From assembly GCA_050613775.1 (NCBI GenBank), contig JBODTK010000151.1:248001-312000 (forward strand): DNA of 64,000 nt, in the 5' to 3' direction. The translations under genes were made by a program, and so were the position numbers. Of the stretch, positions 52,231 through 64,000 are shown in pieces. The notes beneath the pieces were generated by a model that did no database searches, was not told the origin of the DNA, and saw only the letters and a program-made list of their open reading frames with translations. Source of the stretch: Neocallimastix sp. 'constans' (taxonomy: Eukaryota). Each line of letters begins with the position of its first letter. Position 1 is the first letter of the stretch.

Positions 52231-52542
52231 TTATTGCTTTGATATTTCAGATTGAAGTGAAGCTGACTCTGATAAGTATTTCTTTGTTAATTCTTCCTTC
52301 TTTTGCTCAATTAAATATTTCTCAACTTCTGATTGATTTGGAATATATAATGGCTCAACAAAGTCATATTCACTATAATTAACTTCTTTATTTTCATCAT
52401 CTTCTCCAATTTTTTCGGCTTTTAATATTTCATCTACATCTTTTATTTATTAAATTAAAAGCAATTCAATATATATATAAATTAAAATCATTTAATGTTA
52501 AATAATAATATAATAATATAATAATAAAACAATAATAATGTA

Positions 52543-52580
<38 letters not shown>

Positions 52581-52816
52581 ATTAATATTAATAATAATAA
52601 ATTATATAATTATTATAATAAAATATATACATTGTCTTCTCAATTCCGTTTCATATTCTAATAATACATCATCTTCCTCATCTCTATAACCATAATAATC
52701 TGCATCAATATTTTGATATAATTCATATCTAGTTTTTGTAGGTACTTCTCCGACTATATAAAAAATTTAAAAAAAAAAAAAAAATAATAAAAATAATAAT
52801 AATAATAATAATAATA

Positions 52817-52878
<62 letters not shown>

Positions 52879-54043
52879 TTATGATTTGGTTATGATTTGG
52901 TTATGATTTGGTTATGATTTGGTTATGATTTGGTTTTATAATAATATATATATATATATATAAATTTATTAATTTACCTTCTGGTTCAAATAATTCTCTA
53001 ACACCTGGTAAATCTCTTGCTCTACCAAAATATTTATATCCTCTTGAACCAGGAGCTTCTTTTCCTTCTTTATCTAAACTTTTTTGACCAATTTTCTATA
53101 TTATATATATTAATGATATGAATTATATAATAAAACGAATTATAAAATTAAAATTTTAATAATTTTCATACTTTATAATTAGGACCTCCTAATTCCAATA
53201 TTCTATTTTCCCAGTGATATTTTTCTCTTATTAATTTATTAATTTCATCATTCAAATCTCTTATTTGATAATCAGTTAATTGAACTACATAAATTGACAA
53301 TCCATTATTTATATTATTTTTAAATTTAAAATAGATAAAGAAAAATAGGAAAAAGGATAAATAAATTAATTAATTTATTAGTAATAAAAATACATTATAC
53401 ACAATAATAATTCATTCAAATGAATTACCATCCTGAATTTTTGAAACTTTTGCAGAAATTTCTTTAATAATTTGTTTTCTCCAATATTCGCAATCTTTAA
53501 CATTATCACATAATGTTGCTAAATATGGTCTTTTTTCTTCTTTTTTCAATAAACCTAATTCAATAGCTTGTGCTTCCCGAAAACGATGAAGCATAGATCT
53601 TTATAATAATAATAAAAACAATAATTAAAAATTTTGATTGCTTAATAATTAATTTTTATTAAATTTTTAGATTTTTAAAAATTCTATAATCTTTCATTTA
53701 TTATTATTATTATTATTATTAATTTAATTTAATTTAATTTAATTTAATTCTTTATATATATTATTATAATTATTATTATTATCATTATTATCATTATCAT
53801 TATTATTATTTAATTTGAAAATGAAATTCTATTTATTCTTTTATTTAAATGAATACTTATAAGTCATTAATTCATTATAATATCATTTTTTCTGAAGAAA
53901 TTTTAAAACTAAATATTTGATTCTTATTATATAAAATAATTATTAAAAAAGGTAAATTTAAATTGTTTTATTCTCTTCTTTCTTTTAAGAAATTTTATTT
54001 TTTTGTCATTTATTTGTTTATTAAATTTTTTTTATTGCCTTTT

Positions 54044-54092
<49 letters not shown>

Positions 54093-54531
54093 GTATATAT
54101 ATATATAATCCTGATTTAATAAAAAGAATTAGAAATTCTATAATTTCAAAATCTTTATTCGAAATTTAAAGCTTATTGTTCTTTTCTTTCTTTTTTTTTT
54201 TTTCTTTTTTTTTAAAAAAAAAAAAAAAAAAGAAAAAAAAAGAAAAAAAAATAATAATCAATTAAAAGGACTGCTTTTATTTTTTTAATTTTATTTTTCT
54301 TCAGAAAAAAAAAAAATATATATATATATATATGATTATAATATTCTAAAAATCTTCATATTTAAATAACTATATATAGATTAAATGATATTAAAAATGA
54401 TATATTACTGTGCTTTTTCCTCATTTCTAGCCTTTTATATAAATATAATATTATATATTAAAAAATATTTATTATTAGTATAAAAAATACATTCCTATTA
54501 ATTAACAACTTAACAAATATAATCTTACCAT
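52231..54531 (-). CDS. ISY1: Pre-mRNA splicing factor ISY1 (NTC complex), multi-exon
   Basis: Spliced [19 protein letters not shown]...[21 protein letters not shown]|...[35 protein letters not shown]|...[20 protein letters not shown]|...[13 protein letters not shown]. Stop at 52231-52233. Confidence 0.95.
52879..52935. repeat. 11-bp minisatellite (TTATGATTTGG)x5 in an ISY1 intron
   Basis: Read directly. Confidence 0.9.
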
Positions 54532-54668
54532 TTTAATAAATTATACTTCTTATTTCAAGTAAAATTTAAAGATTTTTTTTTAAAAAAAAATAATATATAA
54601 AATTTTAATAAATCATATATATTAAATTTTTAAATCATAACCAATATTGTCAAATAAAATTATAAAAT

Positions 54669-54751
<83 letters not shown>

Positions 54752-55030
54752 TTTGATATACAATATTTTTGAAAAAATATTCATTATTGTAATTGTTATA
54801 ATTATCTAAATATTAATGCTAAAAAATTAACAATTTTGATAGCTTCTATTATTAATCTATAAATATTTATTTAATTATTTTATGTAATTTTACTTATTTT
54901 TTTTTTTTTTTTTGAGGTTTTAATTATTAAAAATACTAATTTATATAAATACTTATTTACTACATGTAAAAATAAATAATTTAAATAAAAAATTATGCTA
55001 TTCTATAAAAAATATAAATATAATAATTGT

Positions 55031-55305
55031 TTAAGATAAATTTAATTTCCATATGTTAACATTATTATCATCACCAGCAGTTAACAATAAGTTTGGATTT
55101 TCTTTATCTGTACTCCACATTACACTATTAATATCAGATTGTCCATGACCATTTTGTTTTGAAGCAATTAATTTAAATGAAAGTTTATCATCCTTTGAAT
55201 TTTCCTCATCCTATAAATAAAATATTTAATAAATATATTATGAAACAAAATGATAATGCTTTATTAATTTATATTAAATATAAATTTATAATATTGAATA
55301 TTACA

Positions 55306-55337
<32 letters not shown>

Positions 55338-57063
55338 AATAATAATTACTAATTCAAAAACTCTGATATAATTATCACCACCACAAGTAGCAATTTTATT
55401 ATTAAGTTTTGACCATGACACAGAATAAATTGGTCTTGTATGATATCCTTTTAGTATAGCAACAGATCTCCATTTTGATTCAGTATTATCTTCATCTATT
55501 TTTTTTTTTTTTTTTTTAATAAAAAGGTATATTATATATAATATTTTAAATTAAATATTTAAAATAAGTATGATAACTAAACAGAAATCCATAAATCTTG
55601 ATATTATTAAAATTACTTTTAAAGCATTTCCATATTCTAATAGTCATATCATCACTGACAGAAGCTAAAAGATTTCCTGTAGCATCGAAATCAATTGCCC
55701 ATACAGTAGAAATATGACCTTCTAAAGTATCAGCACAATACCAATCATCTTCATTATCTTTCCATATTCTTATTGTATCATCGTAACTTGCTGAGGCAAG
55801 AATCTAATGATAAGATAATATATACACAATATTCAATCATATATTTATTTATAAATATATAAATTTTTATAACCTTTAATAATGAAATAAATATAAAGCA
55901 AATAAAAAATATATATATATATAATAAAAATTATTTTTACTTCATCAAACGGATGCCATACAACCATTTTTACGTCTTGTGTGTGTTCTTGTAATACACT
56001 TAAACATTCAAAATCATCATCACCTTCAACTTTAATCATTACGATTTTAAATTATCATTAATATTACATATTATACATTTTATTATTTAAAAATAGTGTT
56101 ATTAGTCTATTTATGTTAGTAATAATTAATAAAATTACCTTCCCAAATCCATACACTTTTATCTCTACTGCAAGTAGCAACTAAAGAGCCCGAAGCTGAC
56201 CATGCTACACTTTTAACTTCATTTTCATGGCCTTCAAGTGATGCAATATATTCATATGCTATAAATAATTTATATATAGATTAAATATCAATACGACAAA
56301 AAAATTTCATAAAATGTATTAACAATTGCTTTTAATTGAAAGCAACAGTAATAAAAATTATAATTTCAATTTTTTATAACCATAATAATTTAATTTTCTT
56401 TATTTTTTATTTATATTTACCATTTTCTTCATTTTTCATCCAAATTGCAGTTGTAGAATCAAAACTAGTGGAAGCAATAAATTTATTATCAGGAGAAAAT
56501 GCAATAGAACGAACAGTTCTTGAATGGACTTCTTCATCTAATATATCGCATTTCCACTGGTCATTATCATCTTTAGAATATATACAAACTTTTTTATCAG
56601 CACCACAACTACAAATTAAACGTCCATTTGAATTCCACTTAGCTTGCCATACTTTATCATTATGTGCTATTTTTTTTTTTTATAAAAAAAAAAAAAAGGA
56701 ATTTTAAAAATAATAAAATAATAAAATTAATTCAAATACATACCATAATTTATAAATTAAAATGAATTTCATAAATATAAAATATATATTATATTATATG
56801 ATTTATATTTATAACATTTCATAAAAAAATAATAAAATAGTACTATATATAATAAAATTTTTAAATTTTTTGATTAAACTTTATAAAATATATTATCAAT
56901 TTCCGATATTATACTTTATAAAGACTTATATACATTATCTTTAAATGAAATTTTATTTAATGATTCTATTATATTTAAAAACATTAATAAAATTTTATGA
57001 ATTTCAAGATTTATAATATTTTATTTTACCTTGTAATACCGTTAATAACTGTAATTTTTCCAT
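55031..57063 (-). CDS. CIA1: Cytosolic Fe-S assembly WD40 protein CIA1/CIAO1, multi-exon
   Basis: [23 protein letters not shown]...[12 protein letters not shown]...[35 protein letters not shown]...[21 protein letters not shown]...[13 protein letters not shown]...[11 protein letters not shown]...[15 protein letters not shown]. Confidence 0.95.
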
Positions 57064-57857
57064 TGAGATTTTAAATATAAATATCTGTATAATATATAAA
57101 AATATGATATTATTATTACTAATTTAAAATTCTTAATTTCTTTAAGTATCTTGTATCAACAACCTATTATTTTTTTTTTTTTTTTTTAATTTAAAAATGC
57201 TTATTTTCTTAAATAATCTGAAATCAACAACCTATTGATTTTTTATATTATTAAAAACCCTATAAAAAAAATTTTTTTTTTAATTAAATTTATAGGCTGT
57301 AATACAACAAATAATTATTTAGATAAAAAAAATTTTTTTTTTTATTAATAATAAATGAAAAGTTCAGATTTATTAATAATTAAAATTATCAATAATTATT
57401 AATCAAAGCATAAAAATAAATATCAAAAAATTAATACAAATTTTAATATTATTTTTTTTTTTTCTTTTCAACCTTTGAATATTATTATTAAATTAAAGCA
57501 ATTAGGAAAAAATAAAAATTATATTTTCTTTATTAATATTTTTATTATTATTATTATAATGGATTATAAGTTGTTATTAAAAACTTTTAAAAGTTTGAAG
57601 CATAATTATAAATGAGTATTATTATTTATTATGTGTATAAAATTCTAATGTTTTAAAAATAGTAATTGGTTTAATATTTTTTAAATGTGTAAATATAATA
57701 TTCTTAATTATATAATTACAATTTAACCTTTAATATTCTTTTATAATTTTTTAATTTTACTTGTTCTAAAAAATATATAAGGTCAATTTTTTTTAATAAC
57801 TATAATCATAGAAAGCTATTAAAATTAATTATTCAAGGATAACAGTATATCTATAAA

Positions 57858-57905
<48 letters not shown>

Positions 57906-58206
57906 ATAAAATACTAAAATTATATAATTATATATATTTATTCTGTAAAAAATTAATCTTAATAACTCCTATTGGAAAAAATATATATATACAAATATAA
58001 ATAATAATAATATAATAATTTAAATATTGAAATGAAATATTTAAATAGTAAGGTTAGAATTAAAATATATCTAAAATTATTTTTAACAATATATATCATT
58101 ATTAATAAGTATATTCAATTTATTAATAAAAAAAAATTATATATTTAATTACGAAACTTTAAAAACCCGTTTATATTTTATTATTTTTTTTTTTTTTGAA
58201 TTTTTT

Positions 58207-58774
58207 GGGTTACTACATACTGCTCACTCCCAACTAATCTCGACAAATTTACGCAGCTCCACTGCGTTTCGTGCTCAACTTTCTCGCTTGTTTCCGTGAG
58301 CAGTATTGCGTAACGGAGTCTTCTGGAGTTTTTAAAGTTTATTTGCATATTGTTTTTTGCATAGTTTGATATAAAAACCATACCATTTTGACAGTTATTG
58401 ATATAGCCTTCCAAAATTATTAAATTATCAACACATAGTTTGAACATATATTTGTTATAAAAACCTGTATGTTTTATTTTAATAATTTGGAAGGCTATAT
58501 CAAAAATGATCAAAAAACAGCAATGATTATATATATATGATATAGTTTTGAAAGTTCAATTAACGATACAGTTTTGATATATATTCAATTAATAAATATA
58601 GCTAAGTTGTTTAATAAAAATCATATAAACTTTTTATAATTATTTTGAACAAAAATAGCTATTATATTTATATAAACTATATGGTTTTATAATTAATATT
58701 AGCAATATATGCATATATGTTTATTTAATTAACAACATAGTTTTTTGAACAATAATATTAATAATATTAATAAT

Positions 58775-58813
<39 letters not shown>

Positions 58814-59242
58814 TTTAATAAATAATAATAATAATATTAATAAATAATAATAATATTAATAGTATAAGCATATATTGCTAATATATATATGTATATTTAT
58901 GTTATGATTATGCTAAAACTATACATATATATTTTATTTATTTTATTTTTATTTATTTTTTTTATTTATTTTTTTATTTTTATTTTTATTTTATTTTTAT
59001 TTTTATTTTTTGATGAAAATAGTATAGTTTTTAGCATAGTTTTAGCATCAAACACCTATGTTGTTCATATATTAATATTTCGAAAACATCATCATTTATA
59101 GTATTTCATAGCTGTTTTGTTCATTGAATTAATTATGCCCGAAAACATTAATTAAAATATACTGGTTTTTATCATTTATTTTATCAAAAACTATGCTATA
59201 ACATTTATTGATTAAGCCTTCCACAAAAAAATATTTAATGTT
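58207..59242. other. Hairpin-rich non-coding element, probably a non-autonomous transposon or structured RNA locus
   Basis: GC-rich ~106 nt hairpin (58209-58314), ~26 bp inverted repeat (58398-58424 / 58478-58503), recurring YATAGTTT(T)GA motifs and a partial copy at 49073-49145. Boundaries approximate. Confidence 0.5.
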
Positions 59243-59435
59243 ATAAATTAATATGTAATTTGTATATAATTTTAATTATTAATATCTAAACTATAGATAA
59301 ATGGCAATTATATAAAATAAAAATAGAATAACTATAAGTAAAAAAATTTACTTGAATTTTTTAACATGTATTAATTAGGCATCCTTTAACATAAATTAAA
59401 ATAAAAAAATTATAATTATATACATTTGTACAAGA

Positions 59436-59905
59436 TTTTTTTTTTTTTTTTTTTTTTTTTATTTTTCTTTTTAGACTATGATTAACAAGAAGAAGAACAA
59501 TAAAGGCTTCCAGTCTCCACCTTAAACTTATCAGACTCCCATTGGATTCTTTGTCGTACAGTTTCAGCGTCAACTGGGCCTCTCACTAAGCAAGGTTTAT
59601 ATGAAAGACATTCCCTATACGTCACTTTAAACAACGGGCTTCTTTTCTGAATCTTTTAAACCATCATCGAGAGAGGAACAACAACAGTAATCCTCCTATA
59701 GATCAAGTACTCTTTATATCAGTAATTAAAGAGTCTAACAATAGGAATACCTACCATGATGAGCAAACACCAACTTTATTTATAAGGAAAAACGTCATGG
59801 GAGGATGAAAATCACACATATAAATTCAGGAGGTAGTCATGGGTCGATCCAGAAACCTTAGTGTGTAAGTCCAGAGTACTAACCATTAGGATAAAAATTA
59901 GAAGA
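59436..59905 (-). mobile_element. Putative tRNA-derived SINE, copy B
   Basis: The minus-strand head TATCCTAATGGTTAGTACTCTGGACTTACACACTAAGGTTTCTGGATCGACCCA has A-box-like and B-box-like motifs at tRNA spacing. The body is homologous to 26305-26776. It ends CTTGTTAATCATAGTCTAAAAAGAAAAAT followed by 25 A. Confidence 0.75.
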
Positions 59906-60000
59906 AATTTATACGTAAGAATTTTTAAATTTTATGATTTTTTTTTTCTTCTGTATTATATTTATTGTTAAGATATTGATGTATTTTATGTTTTAAATTT

Positions 60001-60087
60001 AAATAAAATGATAAGTTTTATTAAAATTTAAATAAAATAGTAAGTTTTATTAAAATTTAAATAAAATAATAAGTTTTATTAAAATTT
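60001..60087. repeat. 29-bp tandem repeat x3
   Basis: AAATAAAAT(GA/AG/AA)TAAGTTTTATTAAAATTT occurs three times. Confidence 0.85.
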
Positions 60088-62018
60088 TACTAAGTCAATA
60101 TATCTAGATAGTAGTATGCTATATAGATATATAATAATAATAATTATATTTAAGTATTAAAAGTTTATTTATAATAAACTTTAATAATTAAAATTATTAA
60201 ATTAATTTGATTATATAATAATTTATTTTATTTAATAATGAAATACCTTTTAATATATTACTATTAAGGTAATTTTACAATAACCTTATATAGAACATAA
60301 AAGATAGATTTTTACTTCTTTCTTTTATACTTTGTAAGTTACATAATAGTATATAATTATAAAATATTAATAATATAGTAATATAAATATTAATAAAAAT
60401 ATAAAGATAAATTTAATTATATAATTAATTTGAATAATTGAAATTAATATAGAGATGTTATATATTTTATATATGTTGTAAACATATAAAAAACATAATA
60501 TAAATAAAATACACGTGACGTCAAATGTAGAATTGAATTTAATTATTAATATAAATCTTATTTATTAATATTCCTAAAATTATTAGGCCTAAGATAACCC
60601 TTTAAATATTAAACAAGAATTTATATTAATTATTAATTGTATAATTATATATTATTTATAATTAAATAAAAAATATTTTTAATTATTGAGAAATAACTGA
60701 AATTGAGATTCCAATTCAGTTACAATTTCAACATTTTTTATAATAATAATAATTATAAATATAATAATTATAATTATAATTATAATAATAATAATAATAA
60801 TAATAATTATAATAATTATAATAGTAATAATAAACTAGCTATTAAATAAAAGGAATATAGAATATAGGAAGAAAAAAAAAAAGTGGAAATTATACCTATA
60901 AATTAAAAAAATTTTTAAAAGTATATTCTTTTTTTAATTATTAATAGATCAATTAAAATTTTAGTATATTATATATTACTAATATTTATATGAAAGGATA
61001 AAATTTTTTTATTTAATTTTTAACATTTTTTTTATTTTTTTTTTCCCGTAACTATTCGATTTCGTGTTAATATATTCATAATTATTTATTATTATATGCA
61101 ATAGTACAATAAATAATTTAATTAAAATATATTATAAATAATCTATAATTTAATTTAATTTCTTTTCAATTTGATTTGATTTTTTTATATCACAATACTC
61201 AATAATATATTACTCTATTTATATTATCCACTTATGAGTTAAAAATTATACTAAACTTAAAAAAAAAAAATTAATATAGCCATTTCTGTATATTTTATTT
61301 AATATATGGATTGTAGTAATTTTAAATTTTTATTTTCGTATGAAAGAAAAAATAAGAAAAAAAAAGTTTTGGATTAAAAAATTATTATATGTTATAAGTA
61401 ATATTAAAATTAAATAGATCCGTATATTATTGACCAATAATATTATAGAATATAATTACTAAGTAATAAATAATGAATAAAAGAAAAAAATTAATAAATA
61501 TATAAATAAATCAAATAAATAGTAAATTAATTAATAAATGAATAAACAAATAAATTGATAATATTAAATAAATGAATAAATAAATATGAATAATAAATAA
61601 ATAAGTAGATAAAAAAATGATGGTGATAAATCCATGTAATTTATAATTAAATAGTACCAATTAATATATTATGATTATAATGTATAAAATATTAAAAAAA
61701 TTAGAAAACTATTCCATATTGACAAAAAAAGATTAATATATAAGAATAAAAATTGTTTTTTTTTTATAATTTTTCTTTTTGCGTATTTTTAAAACTTTTT
61801 ATTGATATATAGGTAAAAATCAAATTAATATTTTATATTGGGGAGATAAAGCTTATTATAAAATAAATAAATATAATAAAATTGATATAGTTTTATACAC
61901 AATATAATATTTTAATAAAAGATTAATGTAAAAATAATAGTAAAATATTTTTAACTATTTATTTGGATTTTTTATTTGTTAAAATATTTTTTTTTTCTAA
62001 ATTATATTAAAAATTAAG

Positions 62019-64000
62019 ATGTTATCTCAAATTACTAAATTCGCTTTACCAAAGGCTGCTACTTCTTTAAGTCTTTCTTCTCTTCAACAATTAGAAAGAG
62101 TTTCTTTAAAATCTCTTGTAAGTTTTTTTAAACAATATATAAAACTTCATCAATAATATAAAATGAATAGGTGTTCTAAAGATAAAAAAAAATTATATGA
62201 TAAAATGAAAAAAAATAATGATTTAATAAAAGATTATTATTTTTATTTGAAATTAATACATTTCGATTTAAAATTTTAGTTCTTAAAATAGTTTAAAATT
62301 CTATTTACTTTATAATAATAGTAATAATTATAATAATAAAAAAAAATTAATAAAAATTAATTAAATCTATTATTATAAAAATAATTATGATTAATAATAT
62401 AATAGTTACAATATATGATGAATAGGTGTTCTAAAGATAAGAAATAAAATATATATAATAAAATGAAAAAAAAAAATATTTAATAAAAGATTATTGCTTT
62501 TATATAGACATAATATATTTCGATTTAAAATTTTATATTTAAAAATAGTTAAAATATTATTTATTTTATAATAATAATAATAGTAATAATCATAAAAAAA
62601 AAATAAATAAAAATTGATTAAAAGTATTATTAATATAAAAATAATATTGGATAAGAAAATACTAAAAACAAGTATATATTATATATTTATAAAATAGAAA
62701 AATTACAGGGCTGCTAGTATTTATAAAAATTCTAAGAGATTCCTTGTAACTGAGAACTCTGATCCTTTAGTAAGTTTAATAAATATATTTTTTATTGTAA
62801 AAAGTTTTTTTTAAGAAATTTGATGTTAATTTTTGTGTTAAAATAAATTATATATAAAAATGTATTACCGTAGAATGAAGAAGAGGAAAAAATTCCAGAA
62901 GAAGGTACTATTGCTGTTAATGAAAAGACCGTTGGTACTGCTGTTAAGCATGAATTCAAGACCGAAACTAAGCGTTTACTTGATATTGTTGCTAAGAGTT
63001 TATATTCTGATAAGGAAGTATTTATTAGAGAACTTATATCAAATGCCAGTGATGCTTTAGAAAAGGTCAGATACTTACAATTAACTGATGAAAAAGTTCT
63101 TGATGAATCTGTTGCTAATAATCCAGCCGAAATTCATATCAGTATTAATAAGAAGGAAAGAACTATTATTTTCCAAGATTTTGGTATTGGTATGAACGAA
63201 GATGAAGTTAATAACAATTTAGGTACTATTGCCAATTCTGGTACTTTAGCATTCTTAAAGAAACTTGACCAAAGTAGTGCTAGTGCTAAGGAAAATATGA
63301 TTGGTCAATTTGGTGTTGGTTTCTATTCATGTTTAATGGTTGCTGATAAGGTTGAAGTTTTCACAAAATCTGCTCATAAGGGTTCAAAAGGTTACTGTTG
63401 GACGTCCGATGGTACTGGCTCATATGATGTTTCTGAAGCTGATGGTGTAACAGTTGGTACAAAGATTGTTATTCACTTACGTGAAGACTGTAAAGATTTT
63501 GCTGATATTAATACTGTTAAGAGAATTATTAAGCGTTATTCAAACTTTGTTCAATATCCAATTATATTAAATAATAAGAGACTCAACACTATTCAAGCTT
63601 TATGGACTATGAATAAGAATGAAATTACTGAAGATCAACATATTGAATTCTATAGATTCATTGCTAATGCCCATGATAAACCACAATTTACTTTATTGTA
63701 CAAGACTGATGCTCCAATTCAAGTAAATATACAAATAAAATAATAAAAAATTAGTAAAAGAATAGAAAAACAATAATAAAATTAATAAATTAATTAGATA
63801 TTTATAATAATAATAATAATAATAATAACAGTTATAATTATTAATTTAATAAAAAGCAGAAATAAGAGAGTTTAACATTTTAGAATTTATAAAAATAATA
63901 ATAAGAATAATTATAAAAATAATAATAAATATATTCATTTTTTTTTATTAAATATGTACAATTCTTTTTTTCATTTTTTTCATTTTTTAGATTTCTAGTT
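62019..64000 (+). CDS. TRAP1: TRAP1/HSP75 organellar Hsp90, 5' part (runs off the window)
   Basis: Exons read MLSQITKFALPKAATSLSLSSLQQLERVSLKSL|KNYRAASIYKNSKRFLVTENSDPL|...KHEFKTETKRLLDIVAKSLYSDKEVFIRELISNASDALEK...NLGTIANSG...IGQFGVGFYS...NTIQALWTM. LLDIVAKSLYS and the lack of a charged linker fit TRAP1. Confidence 0.9.
62163..62650. repeat. Diverged ~255 bp tandem duplication inside TRAP1 intron 1
   Basis: ATGAATAGGTGTTCTAAAGATAA...TTTAATAAAAGATTATT...ATTTCGATTTAAAATTTTA begins at both 62163 and 62418. Confidence 0.85.

Noticed and set aside
52879..52935. Telomere-like repeat
   Set aside because: Only five 11-bp units, intronic, and unlike the TTAGGG-type repeat. An ordinary minisatellite.
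58207..58314. Integron attC site or CRISPR repeat
   Set aside because: The terminal motifs run GTTAC...GTAAC, opposite to the attC RYYYAAC...GTTRRRY order. There is no repeat-spacer array, integrase or cas gene, and the context is eukaryotic.
58181..58513. 110 aa minus-strand ORF across the hairpin element
   Set aside because: No recognisable domain, it ends in a poly-K run, and it is better explained as a chance frame through a structured repeat.
59840..59905. Functional tRNA gene
   Set aside because: The acceptor and anticodon stems do not pair properly and the sequence continues into a repeat body with poly(A). Treated as a SINE head.

Overview
This is very AT-rich, intron-rich eukaryotic DNA, not a prokaryotic window. 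Composition, microsatellite-filled introns and gene content suggest an early-diverging fungus, most likely an anaerobic gut fungus (Neocallimastigomycota); that assignment is inference. Eleven housekeeping genes were read by hand, with exon chains joined manually and not every exon checked: NIC96/NUP93, eIF3h, an anoctamin/IST2-family protein, TSR2, importin-13-like, fidgetin-like 1, RSE1/SF3B3, IWR1, ISY1, CIA1 and the 5' part of TRAP1/HSP75. There is also a frameshifted Cys-rich secreted-protein gene. Several features are missing or only partly visible in the ORF track. (1) Two diverged copies of a ~470 bp element (26.3-26.8 kb + and 59.4-59.9 kb -) look like a tRNA-derived SINE. They share the 3' terminus TAGTCTA-poly(A) with a 5'-truncated LINE at 49.5-51.5 kb, a candidate SINE/LINE partnership. 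(2) An older LINE relic lies at ~17 kb. (3) An intron-retaining RPB8 pseudogene and a BET/BDF1-like pseudogene sit head-to-head at 39-44 kb. (4) A ~1 kb hairpin-rich non-coding element at 58.2-59.2 kb has an internally deleted mini-copy at 49.1 kb. (5) There are 9-24 nt microexons and an ATG-only coding exon. All alignments and translations were done by eye and no database searches were run.
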